NCBI GenBank assembly: GCA_033764955.1
Contig: JANRIL010000038.1
Span: 64,001-128,000 of the forward strand
Origin: Cyanobacteriota bacterium
GTDB taxonomy: Bacteria; Cyanobacteriota; Cyanobacteriia; Thermostichales; Thermostichaceae
Direction: 5' to 3'
DNA length: 64,000 nt
Part shown: positions 51,075 through 60,746 of the stretch, piece by piece
How the letters are laid out: every line of letters begins with the position of its first letter
Numbering within the stretch: the stretch's first letter is position 1
The notes under the pieces: generated by a model
What the model saw: the letters and a program-made list of their open reading frames with translations, nothing else
The model's database searches: none
What the model was told of the DNA's origin: nothing
Program-made: the position numbers and the translations under genes

Positions 51075-51527
51075 TCAACCGGCAGGCAATAGCCCCCGCA
51101 GCTTAGCGAGATATTCATCGATGTTGCGCTGGTTGCCCCCAAAGTCATACTCTCCCATCCGTCCTACCGACTGAATCTGCACCTGGGTTTTTTGGGGATC
51201 CCCTTCCACTGCCGCTAGGTTGACCGTGATGTCATCGACAAACTTAAAAAAGCGAGTGCGGGACAGCCCTTTTACCTGCATGGCTTCTTCGCTGACGGAA
51301 GCCAATTCTCCCCGATCCCACTCCTGAAACGCTTGGGAAGCCGCCCTCAACACCTGGGGGGGAGGTGCCTCGATAACCACCTGCATGGCAGCCGAGTTGT
51401 TTTTACTGGCGGCATGGGCAGGATCCATCATCAGAACATTCAGCCCTAGGGTGAAAACCAACAGGCCAAGGAGGAAGCCAACCAGAGAGAAATTAGGCAC
51501 AGCCAAACCCGTGAGCAACGGCATCAA
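51075..51527 (-). CDS. DUF1499 family protein
   Basis: FKFVDD; S..R.G.YDFGGN.R motif. Confidence 0.78.
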   Translation of the reverse strand: MMPLLTGLAVPNFSLVGFLLGLLVFTLGLNVLMMDPAHAASKNNSAAMQVVIEAPPPQVLRAASQAFQEWDRGELASVSEEAMQVKGLSRTRFFKFVDDITVNLAAVEGDPQKTQVQIQSVGRMGEYDFGGNQRNIDEYLAKLRGLLPAG

Positions 51528-51610
51528 TTTAACATAAAACTTAACACCTCTGGCCTTGGGATCCCAAGGCTAAGATCGATCCTTAGACCCCCAACAACGG
51601 AGTCCTCCCG

Positions 51611-52093
51611 ATGGTCACTTTCTTGTGGATAACTTCACGCCAAGCAGGATGGGCGCGGTCATTCTGGCTGGGCATTTGCCTGATCCTTGTGGTTGGATGG
51701 ATGGCGCTCATGCCTGTCCATGCCCGTTCCTTCAGCCAGCAAACCCCTGAGATCCAGGTGGTGGAATTGGGATCCTTGGGTAATCAACTTCAGTTTTTCC
51801 CCCCACAACTCACCTTCAAAAGTGGTCATCTTTATAAACTGCAACTGAGCAATCCCAGCCAACTCAAGCATTATTTCACCGCTAAAGATTTTGCGGATGC
51901 CATCTGGACTCGCAAAGCAGAGGTAGCAGGAGTAGAAATTAAGGGGAAAATTAACAACCTTGAACTCAAACCAGGAGCCAAAGTTGAGTGGCAATTTATT
52001 CCCATTCAGGCAGGAAGATATCCATTGGTTTGCACCATTCCAGGACATGCGGAAGCAGGCATGATGGGTGAAATCATCGTTACAGACTCCTAA
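51611..52093 (+). CDS. Exported cupredoxin (type-1 copper) protein
   Basis: KHYF...CTIPGHAEAGM (His/Cys/His/Met ligands); signal peptide. Confidence 0.88.
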   Translation: MVTFLWITSRQAGWARSFWLGICLILVVGWMALMPVHARSFSQQTPEIQVVELGSLGNQLQFFPPQLTFKSGHLYKLQLSNPSQLKHYFTAKDFADAIWTRKAEVAGVEIKGKINNLELKPGAKVEWQFIPIQAGRYPLVCTIPGHAEAGMMGEIIVTDS

Positions 52094-52169
52094 AATCCAC
52101 ACTTGCATACCTACTCCATAAAGACCTCCGGGAAACCGCATCCGCTTGTGGCTGAGGAGAGATAGGAGT

Positions 52170-52437
52170 AAGGCATGTTGTTCGCGTTAGCGTCTTTTCC
52201 TGCAAGGCGATGTTCGCGCAGCTTGGCATAGCCATAACTATGGTCGTTTGTAAGATCTAGAGGCAATCAACAATAGCTCCAGATAGTCATGGAGAAAGAG
52301 GCTCGAATTGTTGTAGCTGCTTATATTGGAACCAGAACCAAAGAAAGTGCAAAAAGGTTATCGAAGAGACTGCCATAAGCTTGGAAAAATAATAGTAAGT
52401 TCTATGCCGATTTCTGCAAAACTTATCAAAAAGTTAT
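52170..52437 (+). mobile_element. Second IS1 insB remnant, homologous to ~7685-7950
   Basis: Direct alignment to the first copy, including the same micro-insertions and the same TAG stop. Confidence 0.85.
52213..52235 (+). repeat. 23-nt SDR-like micro-element
   Basis: TTCGCGCAGCTTGGCATAGCCAT; removal restores GAT GAA CTA TGG TCG TTT GTA (DELWSFV). Confidence 0.8.
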
Positions 52438-52439
52438 AG

Positions 52440-52950
52440 TCATTCCAAATAGCACTGAGAGCGCAAGTATTGAGCACCAATGATAAGACTTTACGATTGC
52501 GAGGCTGAGACAAGCCGATTCCTCCCTGGCATATTACAATTTGGACATGCCTCAATTTGTCTAACAGTTTCTCTCGGTAAATTCTTGGAATCTCTACCCA
52601 TTGCAGGATTAAACCAATTTCTTGCATTTCGCCAACGATCTAGATTAGGGATTTCTGACCCCTGCCATATCTTATTTCCACATGCATCAAATCCAACCTC
52701 AAAGATAGTGCCAGACCAGATACCTCTTACAAATGAGGAAAATGGTAAAGAGTATCGAGAAGTCCACATGCTTCCTCGGAAGAAAAAGATTCACCATTTA
52801 TTTTCTCGATTTTGCCAGCGTGGGTAATAGCAAATCCACCTGTGTCTTCTAGATTTTCCTTGAGATGCTTAAAATTTTCAACTTGATCAGGGGTCATTTT
52901 CTAGCCTCCCCAAGTCAACATATTTCTTCCTGCCCATGATCTCGTCCCAT
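52440..52950 (-). pseudogene. Fragmented pseudogene of an uncharacterised (possibly ApeA/HEPN-like) protein
   Basis: SWAGRNMLTWGG*KMT...GGFAITHAGKIEKINGESFSSEEA..LLDTLYHF, frameshift near 52740, then SFVRGIWSG..EVGFDACGNKIW. Confidence 0.55.
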
Positions 52951-52952
52951 TT

Positions 52953-55784
52953 TTATCCATTGTTCATGAACATCATTAGAGCTAGTGAAAGCAATTGATG
53001 AGGACGAAAGGACAGAGGGATCCCTTGATCAGTACCATGTATATCCAGCAAAACATCCTCATTCAGATCAATCAGCCTGACCTGAAGCTTAGAGTTATAC
53101 CTCCAGGGGAAAGGATACGGAAGTAAGATGGACTGAGGTTGTTGACTACGATTAAATAGCCTAATGATAAGATGTCCCTGGGAGTTAATTTTATAGGCGG
53201 AAATCCCAATATTTTTATTCTCAATTTCCAGCAAAGAATATCCTACATAGTTCTCAACAAGATGAGCAGCCTGTTCGTATTGACCAAGCCAGACTTGTGC
53301 AGCTTTGAATGGAAACACAAACGGTTCTGCCTGCCCAGCCACTACTGGCAGTGGGGTATTTTCCGGTATAAACTGCCATGCATAATGAAATGTATAGGAT
53401 CCCTGGCATTGAGCATCTGGAGTCGGTAGGCTTGGCCCCGCTTGCACCCGACGAATCCGTCCCCCCTCACGGGAAATGACACCAACACAGCGAAGCAAAG
53501 TGAGGGCACAAAAGTCCTGATCTGGGATCCCAACGTTCAAACCTGGCATCCATTCATATTCATATAACCCCTGATGAGCAATTAAAACATGGCCATTATT
53601 TTCCGTTTTAGCCAATAACCATGTTTGACTAAATTGGGTTGAATAGGGTAGCTCTCCGGGATATTTTTGATAGCGATCCGGATAGTCTTCTGGTTGTAAA
53701 GTGATGGGTCGAAAACGCTCCTGGTTACCCCAATGGCTGCTGGCATGAATTTTTTCTGTACTTTTGTCTAGGGGGAGTAAAACTCGTAACCGATGATCTT
53801 TGCTTTGATTGTTAATCTCAGTGATAAACTCAATAAAGTCATTGGTTTCGCTCAGAATAACATCTGTTTTGATCTGAATGGGAGTAGATAGAGGTTGCCA
53901 AACTAGCTGCAAAGACAACTGAATTCGTAGTCTAGATCTACCAAATTCAATGAAAGATTGTATTTCCTCTGCTTGCTTTTTGCCAGTTGTTTGAGGAGGG
54001 ATGTGAGGATCTGAACTAAAACTATAGAGATCCCCCTTGTCAGGCTGGTCTTCAAAAATTAGGCCGTGATGCCAGGTTCGCCCAGTTAGTTTATGATAAA
54101 TCTTGAGGCTTCCGTTTAACTCCGCCTCAATCCGATAAGTTTGGTTTTCAATAAAATTCTTAGTAGTATTTTTTATAGGCGAAGAATGACTGAAGAGTAA
54201 AGGGATCCCCTGATCGGCTACTCTACGAAGAACGTAGAATCCTATACCAAGTGGTAATAAGTTTGCCACAAATGATAGCCCCCAAAGGGATCCCTGTATA
54301 TAAGTGAGATAGCGGGCATCAAAATGATCATCTGCTTTTTGGGTGATTGAGAACGGAATGGATTTTCCTGCTGGATCTATTAACTCAAAATATTCACTTT
54401 GAGAGGTATCCCTATCAATACCAGAGCTAGATTGCTGGTTAGATTCGGCTCTTGGCCACACAATCTCGATATCGACAAGCTGATTGAGAGCTTGTGGATG
54501 TGGATTAAAAACAGCAATGATGGATTGAAATGAATCCGTATAATTCATTAAACCTGCCCGTAAGGCAAGCTGTTGAAAGGCTTCTGAAATAACCGATTCC
54601 GCTATAGTTTGAGCCTGTCGAAAGTGATAGCGATTATCGTCATGGACACTATCTAAACTACATCCACAAATGTCATCATGGGGGTGGCACAGTAAAAGAT
54701 GCCTCCAGGCTAGATCTAAATGACTAACCCAAGGGATCCCTTGCTGATTTAGAGCCGCCACAAGGGGTTCTGCATACTTTTCTAGAAGTGCCTGAATGTG
54801 GTGATTATGAAGTTTGAGATCCATACGGGATGACCACACACCCGATAACACCGGATGATGAAGGTTTCCCACTAATTCACCTTGATATACAGACAAATCA
54901 GATGCCCTTTCTATCATTAAACTAACAGCTTTTTCATAGGAACCGTGAACAAGATTTAATGTCACAGGCAACTGATGATCTCCCCGTTCAGCTTGTGAAA
55001 GATTCTGATTTATCGGTCTTTTTTGAAGATCTCCAATCATACTTGGAATTGCCGCTTGAATAGGCATGTGATCTCCGCCATTGCATAAAAGGATGACTCC
55101 TGTTCGGCTATGTATGCTGAGTTGTTCTACTGCCTGTTGAAGTTGCTCGGCTGCCATCTCTAAATCGGGTGAAAAACCTCTAAATTGACCAAAGCGATGA
55201 GGCTGCCCCCAGCCCGATAGATTATCATAGCCACCTCGCAAATAAACGGCCAAAACACGACTGCCATCCGCAGATTCCCACCAAAATTCATTTCCTGCAC
55301 TCCTAAAAAGAGCTTCGGAAACTCCGCGCATAAAAATGAATGAGCGCAACCCAAATCCCTGCAAAATCTGAGGCATTACAGCAATATGTCCGAACGAGTC
55401 AGGCATATAGCCATCCTGACAGGATCCCCCTAATGATTTTACTAAACGGATCCCGCGCTGAATATTACGGATTAAGGCTTCTCCACTCACCAGAAACTCA
55501 TCGGGTAAAACAAAAAAAGGACCGATTTGCAAACGCCTCAGTTCCACCATCTTTTGAATATCCGACCATCTTTCGGGGCGAACCTCTCGATAGTCTTCCA
55601 AAATTATAGTTTGCCCATCCAGTGTGAATGAAGCAAAGTCGGGTTGTGTTTGTAAAATATCTAAAATATTGTCAATCAGAGCGATCAAATGCAATCGATA
55701 TCCCTCAAAAGGTAAATACCAGGCTCGATCCCAGTGGGTATGACTAACCAATACACCGTGCAACAACCGATCACGATTCTTCAC
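52953..55784 (-). CDS. GH38 alpha-mannosidase (MngB-like)
   Basis: SHTHWDRAW, LDGQT, PDEFLVSGE, PDSFGH, NGGDH, HPHDDICGCS. Confidence 0.92.
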   Translation of the reverse strand: MKNRDRLLHGVLVSHTHWDRAWYLPFEGYRLHLIALIDNILDILQTQPDFASFTLDGQTIILEDYREVRPERWSDIQKMVELRRLQIGPFFVLPDEFLVSGEALIRNIQRGIRLVKSLGGSCQDGYMPDSFGHIAVMPQILQGFGLRSFIFMRGVSEALFRSAGNEFWWESADGSRVLAVYLRGGYDNLSGWGQPHRFGQFRGFSPDLEMAAEQLQQAVEQLSIHSRTGVILLCNGGDHMPIQAAIPSMIGDLQKRPINQNLSQAERGDHQLPVTLNLVHGSYEKAVSLMIERASDLSVYQGELVGNLHHPVLSGVWSSRMDLKLHNHHIQALLEKYAEPLVAALNQQGIPWVSHLDLAWRHLLLCHPHDDICGCSLDSVHDDNRYHFRQAQTIAESVISEAFQQLALRAGLMNYTDSFQSIIAVFNPHPQALNQLVDIEIVWPRAESNQQSSSGIDRDTSQSEYFELIDPAGKSIPFSITQKADDHFDARYLTYIQGSLWGLSFVANLLPLGIGFYVLRRVADQGIPLLFSHSSPIKNTTKNFIENQTYRIEAELNGSLKIYHKLTGRTWHHGLIFEDQPDKGDLYSFSSDPHIPPQTTGKKQAEEIQSFIEFGRSRLRIQLSLQLVWQPLSTPIQIKTDVILSETNDFIEFITEINNQSKDHRLRVLLPLDKSTEKIHASSHWGNQERFRPITLQPEDYPDRYQKYPGELPYSTQFSQTWLLAKTENNGHVLIAHQGLYEYEWMPGLNVGIPDQDFCALTLLRCVGVISREGGRIRRVQAGPSLPTPDAQCQGSYTFHYAWQFIPENTPLPVVAGQAEPFVFPFKAAQVWLGQYEQAAHLVENYVGYSLLEIENKNIGISAYKINSQGHLIIRLFNRSQQPQSILLPYPFPWRYNSKLQVRLIDLNEDVLLDIHGTDQGIPLSFRPHQLLSLALMMFMNNG

Positions 55785-55956
55785 TGTATTACTCTCTTCA
55801 ACAGATTAATAACTAAGCGTAGTCAATGTATCATGGAAATTTCTTCCTTAGTCATAAAGTTCTTAAGTTTTCAATAATCTCATTTTGAGACACTTCTGCT
55901 ACTCAATAGGACATTTAAGCTAATGCATTACCGAACTTCTAAAGTATACAAGAGGC

Positions 55957-56151
55957 TTAATTTTTATTTCGATATTGAGCATCTTTTATAAAAAGGCAAG
56001 ATCCTATTGTAAATAAGCAACAGCCCACCAGGTAGAATAAGGTACTAGGTGACCATTCAGCTCGGAGGCTAAGTCCTGCATCTAAAGTAAAGAGCAAACA
56101 GCCCAGTAAAAAAAGCCAGCTCCCGGTCAGATAAAAATTGCAATATTTCAT
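55957..56151 (-). CDS. Small YrhK-like membrane protein
   Basis: Two hydrophobic repeats GSWLFLLGC / GCCLFTIGS. Confidence 0.65.
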   Translation of the reverse strand: MKYCNFYLTGSWLFLLGCLLFTLDAGLSLRAEWSPSTLFYLVGCCLFTIGSCLFIKDAQYRNKN

Positions 56152-56251
56152 TAGATTGTTCTTCTGGATAGAGTTTCGCAACAAATGTACTCTATCATCA
56201 GTCTTGGCTGCTAAACTAGGTCGAGATGGCTAGACATTTCATCGAACGGCT

Positions 56252-56761
56252 ATGAATCTTACGACCTTACGAAAAATTTCCTTTGGCTTGTGCCTAACTC
56301 TGCTCCTTTTCCTTGCCAGTTGCTCAGCAAAGGCTCCTTCTCGTTTTGAGCAAGCTCAGCAAGATAGCACACAAAACAAAGTTAGTGCAGTTGCTCCAAA
56401 AGCTGAACAGGGTGGCCAATTCAACCCGTTCTTTCCACCCTCTCAATTTGGCTATGAGCGAGTTTTTGTTCAGGAAAAGCAAGGATTTGCCGAAGCCAAA
56501 CTAAAACGAGATGGCAAAGATGTAGCAATGCTATCCATTTCTGATACGATTAGCTTGCCTTCGGCAGCTCAGAAATATCAAGGTAGCGCAACATTTATTG
56601 CAGGTTATCCCACCCTAGAAATTGGTTCTACACAGACTGGTATTCTTGTGGCTGAACGATATCAAATCAAAGCTATTTCACGAGATCCTTCATTTGGTCA
56701 AGCTGAGCGCCAAGCTTGGATTCAGCGGTTCGATTTAGAGGGATTAGCTCAACTGAAATAA
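56252..56761 (+). CDS. Conserved cyanobacterial lipoprotein
   Basis: LASC lipobox; PSRFEQAQQ, QEKQGFAEAKL. Confidence 0.8.
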   Translation: MNLTTLRKISFGLCLTLLLFLASCSAKAPSRFEQAQQDSTQNKVSAVAPKAEQGGQFNPFFPPSQFGYERVFVQEKQGFAEAKLKRDGKDVAMLSISDTISLPSAAQKYQGSATFIAGYPTLEIGSTQTGILVAERYQIKAISRDPSFGQAERQAWIQRFDLEGLAQLK

Positions 56762-56809
56762 GTTACTAATTTCAGATCTTTTATCAATCTAATACGGAAT
56801 AGGAGATGA

Positions 56810-57700
56810 TTGGTGAGTAAACCAATTTATGAGCTGGTGGATGAATTGCCTACAGGTGGTATCACGGTAATGGCACTTCGCTCCCTAGATTTTGTTATGC
56901 CTGGCGAATGGAAAAATCTGACTGGATTTACCCACACCATCCGAGTAATTACAGGCGAATCGGATGAATCACTTATTCAGAAAATTGGGGAAAGAGCCGT
57001 TTATTTGTATAACGATAAATCCCAAGGCTATCAACGGGCACTATGGCTATATCAAACGGTGGATAGTGCAGCCGGAGCTTTAGGTACGGCTGCGATGGCT
57101 AATCGAATTGGTCAAGATGTTTCGTTCTTAGGATTTTTGAGTCACCTCACCCCCAAACCTGAAAAAGCCCAAACTATTGATCTTTGTGTCAAGTTAGTAG
57201 TTGAGTTGGTAGCTTTCTGCCAGATTAACGGGATCCCTGGTGATAGCATTGGTGATTTTTTAGGAGCACTAGCAGATTATAGCGGCGAGTCATTGCTGCG
57301 AATGGCGGCGTTAGTTTGTTTTGACGGTGTTCTTCCCCTGGGGGCTGATTTTATCCTGAAGGGGCTATCTACTCTAGACAAATTAACTCCTGCTGAGTTG
57401 GAAGGCAATCAAACCTTTAAGGGGGTTAAATCCCTTATTCCAGGGGGCAACACTAAGGGGCAACTGGCCTTTATTCAACAAAGTTTTGATTCGACACAAA
57501 AATGGATGAGTGAATTGGTCAATGCTCACCAACTCACCTCCGAAAAAGTCAGTTCTCAACTCCAAAATTTCGTGGAAATCTCCAAAGACAAGTTAGATTA
57601 TTTGGGAGCCTTTTTAGATATAGCTGTTAAGTACTACACTCATACGGGCACACAAACCCTAGCTCGCCGACTGATTGAACGGGCTACTGCTGAAATTTAG
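56810..57700 (+). CDS. Conserved cyanobacterial hypothetical protein
   Basis: SKPIYELVDELP...NGIPGD...ARRLIERA; AGGAG RBS. Confidence 0.82.
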   Translation: MVSKPIYELVDELPTGGITVMALRSLDFVMPGEWKNLTGFTHTIRVITGESDESLIQKIGERAVYLYNDKSQGYQRALWLYQTVDSAAGALGTAAMANRIGQDVSFLGFLSHLTPKPEKAQTIDLCVKLVVELVAFCQINGIPGDSIGDFLGALADYSGESLLRMAALVCFDGVLPLGADFILKGLSTLDKLTPAELEGNQTFKGVKSLIPGGNTKGQLAFIQQSFDSTQKWMSELVNAHQLTSEKVSSQLQNFVEISKDKLDYLGAFLDIAVKYYTHTGTQTLARRLIERATAEI

Positions 57701-57799
57701 GCAAGATGTAAGATGTAGCTCTTTCGTCATTTACCTACAGCACCCCTAAAAGAATCATAAGATATTTTATAATATCTAGACCGAGACAATAAAGAAGAT

Positions 57800-58258
57800 A
57801 TGAAGCTAATTGAGGAACTCGCTCAGTTTATCGCCAGCAACCCAGACCCACGGGAGTTAAAACGCGCCTTGGCTATCAAAATGACTTTACAAGGCTATAC
57901 TCATGCCGAGATCATGAACTTACTCCAGGTCTCATCAGGGTTTATTAGCAAATGGAAGCTCATCTTTATTGATAAAGGATTACCAGGACTCACTTTGGGT
58001 TATCGAGGATTGAAGCCCTATCTTTCGGCTGAACAAAGACAGAGTGTGATTGAGTGGATTAAACAACAAAAGAACTGTAACCCTTCTCTACTTGAACACT
58101 ATATTGATCAAGCGTATGAAGTCACCTTTGCTTCTAGCCAAAGTTACTATACTTTACTTCACGAAGCTGGATTGAGTTGGAAGAAAGTCCAAAAGACTAA
58201 TCCTCAAAAGGATCTAGAAGCCGTCACCTCAAAAAAAAAGAGATTAGCCAAAAGTTAG
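57800..58258 (+). CDS. IS630 transposase N-terminal HTH ORF
   Basis: RELKRALA, VSSGFISKWK, LSWKK; A9G run at 58231-58240. Confidence 0.88.
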   Translation: MKLIEELAQFIASNPDPRELKRALAIKMTLQGYTHAEIMNLLQVSSGFISKWKLIFIDKGLPGLTLGYRGLKPYLSAEQRQSVIEWIKQQKNCNPSLLEHYIDQAYEVTFASSQSYYTLLHEAGLSWKKVQKTNPQKDLEAVTSKKKRLAKS

Positions 58259-58275
58259 GGGAATGGAAAAAGCTG

Positions 58276-58827
58276 ATGGAATCCGGAAAACTAACGGTTT
58301 TTATGGTTGATGAGTGCCATCTATTATGGGGAGATATTTATGGATATGGCTGGGGGAAAACAGAACAAAGATTAGAGACATCAGTCAAAAGCTTCCGTGA
58401 GAAACAAAGCTATTTTGGTGCTCTTGATTACGAAAGACGAGAATTTCTACTTCAGGCATTTTGTAGTGCGGACTCAGAATCGACCGTAGCTTTTATTGAA
58501 TACTTGAGAGCACAGAGGCCTGGACAGCGAATAGTCATTATTTGGGATGGAGTTAGCTATCATCGGTCTCAAGTCATCAGAGACTATCTCCAAAAGATCA
58601 ATGCAGGGTTGGAAGCTAATGAATGGGCTGTAACTTGTCTATTGTTTTCTCCGTATGCACCTGAGCAAAATCCGGTAGAAGATATTTGGTTGCAAGGAAA
58701 GCGATTTATCCGTTGGTTTTACCATACTTGTCGATCCTTTAAGGTCGTTAAGCATCTCTTTGAATGGATCTTACATCATCAGATATTTGATTTCCCTAAG
58801 CTCTATGAGTATTGGCTTCCCTCTTAA
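58276..58827 (+). CDS. IS630 transposase DDE ORF (-1 frame)
   Basis: DECHLLWGD, IWDGVSYH, PEQNPVEDIW. Confidence 0.9.
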   Translation: MESGKLTVFMVDECHLLWGDIYGYGWGKTEQRLETSVKSFREKQSYFGALDYERREFLLQAFCSADSESTVAFIEYLRAQRPGQRIVIIWDGVSYHRSQVIRDYLQKINAGLEANEWAVTCLLFSPYAPEQNPVEDIWLQGKRFIRWFYHTCRSFKVVKHLFEWILHHQIFDFPKLYEYWLPS

Positions 58828-58892
58828 GTCTTTTAGCTTTGCTGTAGTACATCAATAGATGGTAGTCCTATTGACATAATGGCTATGAAACA

Positions 58893-59255
58893 TTAGGTTG
58901 TGGGTTCATTTACCTGAGAGGATTGAACCTTGAGGCGGTTGCTTACCCGCTCTTGCAGACGTTTTTCCATACGATTTTCTAACCGAGTCAGGGCAACGGC
59001 ACCCGCCACAACCCCCAGTTGCAGAGCCAAACTGGGTAAAGAAACATCGAGTTCCCGTCCTGCCAAAACCCTCATTAAAAAAACGGCTCCCCCCAACGCT
59101 CCTGAGGCTCCTACCGCCAGATAAATAAACTTGCGTAACCCACGATAGGGAGAGGCTAACTCACTCATCAAGCGAACTCGATCCTGCGACGACAATTTTG
59201 GATCCCCTGAGGATTGGGGTGGAGAGTTAGGCATCACGAAATCACCTAAAGTCAA
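58893..59255 (-). CDS. DUF3493 (LPA1-like) membrane protein
   Basis: RL..E..SPYRGLRKFIY...GASG..G. Confidence 0.82.
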   Translation of the reverse strand: MTLGDFVMPNSPPQSSGDPKLSSQDRVRLMSELASPYRGLRKFIYLAVGASGALGGAVFLMRVLAGRELDVSLPSLALQLGVVAGAVALTRLENRMEKRLQERVSNRLKVQSSQVNEPTT

Positions 59256-59292
59256 TAGATTGTATGGATCCCTATTCTCCTACATCAGGGTT

Positions 59293-60675
59293 TCAGGCAT
59301 CCAAAATCAGTGATGAAGACTTGGGTTTGGCTAAACATAATAAAATACACCCTGGATCCGGATCCCCTGTGGGCGGCTGCTCATAAACCACTTCTCCCAT
59401 CTGAAGGGGGCACATACAGGTGAGGCAAATACCCGCTCGACACCCAAAAGGATGATCTAGGTGATGCGCTTCGGCAAACTCTAAAAGATTGGCGTATGCT
59501 GGATCCCAGGTTAAGGTTTGTCTCGAACGAGCGAAGGTAATCTGTGAGGTTGAGGGGGAGATATCCTGTTCAGAATTGAGTCCGATAGACCTAGTAGGAC
59601 GAGGTTTGCTAAAGGATTCAAAATGCATACGAGCATCGGGGATCCCACGAATTTTGAGACCAGCTCGAATAGACTCCATAAAAGTGGGGGATCCACATAG
59701 AAAATACTCTGCTTGATCAGCATCCGATAACCGTCTCAATTCCGGATCTACGACCTGGTGAATAAATTCAATATCCACATATCCTGAACTGTGGAAATTA
59801 CCTTCATCTTCCGGTTGGGGCTGACTATAGCGAATCAATAGGCGCAGGTGAGGGTTTTGGAGAGCAAGGTTATTCATTTCTTGGTGAAAAGCATGATTCT
59901 CGCCATTCCTCGCCCCATGCAAGAACCAAATGGGTCGGTTGGGCTGGTGGATAGAACTGGCTTTTGCCATGCTAATCATTGGTGTGATGCCAACACCGTT
60001 GCTAATTAAAATAATGGGGCTGGATGCTGTTAAATCTAAGACAAATTTACCACTGGGTGGCTTAATCAACAAATGAGAACCTTCCCCCATATGATCATGT
60101 AAAAAATTCGAGGCAATTCCGGCGGGAAAATCGGATCCCTGCGGAGATAGCTCCCGTTTGATAGACAGCCGATAGTAGTCGGTAGTAGCCGAATAATCTG
60201 ATAACGAATACGTCCGAATAATTGGTTTTTCTTGGCCAGGAATATCCAGTTGAAGCGTCAAAAATTGTCCCGGTTGAAAGGGAGGAAGACTTCCCTGATC
60301 GGTAGGTTTAAGATAAAAAGAGGTGATGCCTACACTCTCAGAGACCTTACGAACCACAACAAATTCTCGCCAATTTTTCCAGGGATCCTTTTTTTCTTCA
60401 GAAAGTGAGGATAACTCATTCTGCTGATGGGAAGCCGATGCGGGATCCATCTTTGATGAGATAGGGGATAATCTGGCTTGCAATAACCCATACCCTGCCC
60501 CTATGACGGCACTTGCTAGGGAAGCATAAACAACAGTGCGATAGGCATTGGCAGACTCAAGTTTACCCACTGTCAAGCCTAATCCGGCTATCAAAGTTAT
60601 GGAAGCACTCCATAAACCCGCCGTCGCTAAACTTCGCCATAGCGGCTGACTCATCGCAAATAATGGAGTGGGCAT
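59293..60675 (-). CDS. Membrane-anchored FAD/NAD(P)-binding oxidoreductase with C-terminal 2Fe-2S domain
   Basis: 2 N-terminal TM, FQPGQFL, RTYSLS, GVGITPM, LCGSP, CRAGICLTC...C. Confidence 0.88.
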   Translation of the reverse strand: MPTPLFAMSQPLWRSLATAGLWSASITLIAGLGLTVGKLESANAYRTVVYASLASAVIGAGYGLLQARLSPISSKMDPASASHQQNELSSLSEEKKDPWKNWREFVVVRKVSESVGITSFYLKPTDQGSLPPFQPGQFLTLQLDIPGQEKPIIRTYSLSDYSATTDYYRLSIKRELSPQGSDFPAGIASNFLHDHMGEGSHLLIKPPSGKFVLDLTASSPIILISNGVGITPMISMAKASSIHQPNRPIWFLHGARNGENHAFHQEMNNLALQNPHLRLLIRYSQPQPEDEGNFHSSGYVDIEFIHQVVDPELRRLSDADQAEYFLCGSPTFMESIRAGLKIRGIPDARMHFESFSKPRPTRSIGLNSEQDISPSTSQITFARSRQTLTWDPAYANLLEFAEAHHLDHPFGCRAGICLTCMCPLQMGEVVYEQPPTGDPDPGCILLCLAKPKSSSLILDA

Positions 60676-60746
60676 AATCGGGATCCCTTTCTATTTTTAG
60701 ATTTGTTTTCGATGTGATCTATGTGATCTATATGATCGCTAGGTTT

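Larger units (their letters stand above)
57736..58846 (+). mobile_element. IS630-family insertion sequence, apparently intact
   Basis: TA-flanked TIRs TA|CAGCAcccCTAAAAGA ... TCTTTTAGcttTGCTG|TA; two transposase ORFs. Confidence 0.92.

Noticed and set aside
51528..51547. TTAACA direct repeat as Pho box or HLR1
   Set aside because: Period is 12 bp rather than 11 (SphR) or 10 (RpaB), and there are only two copies
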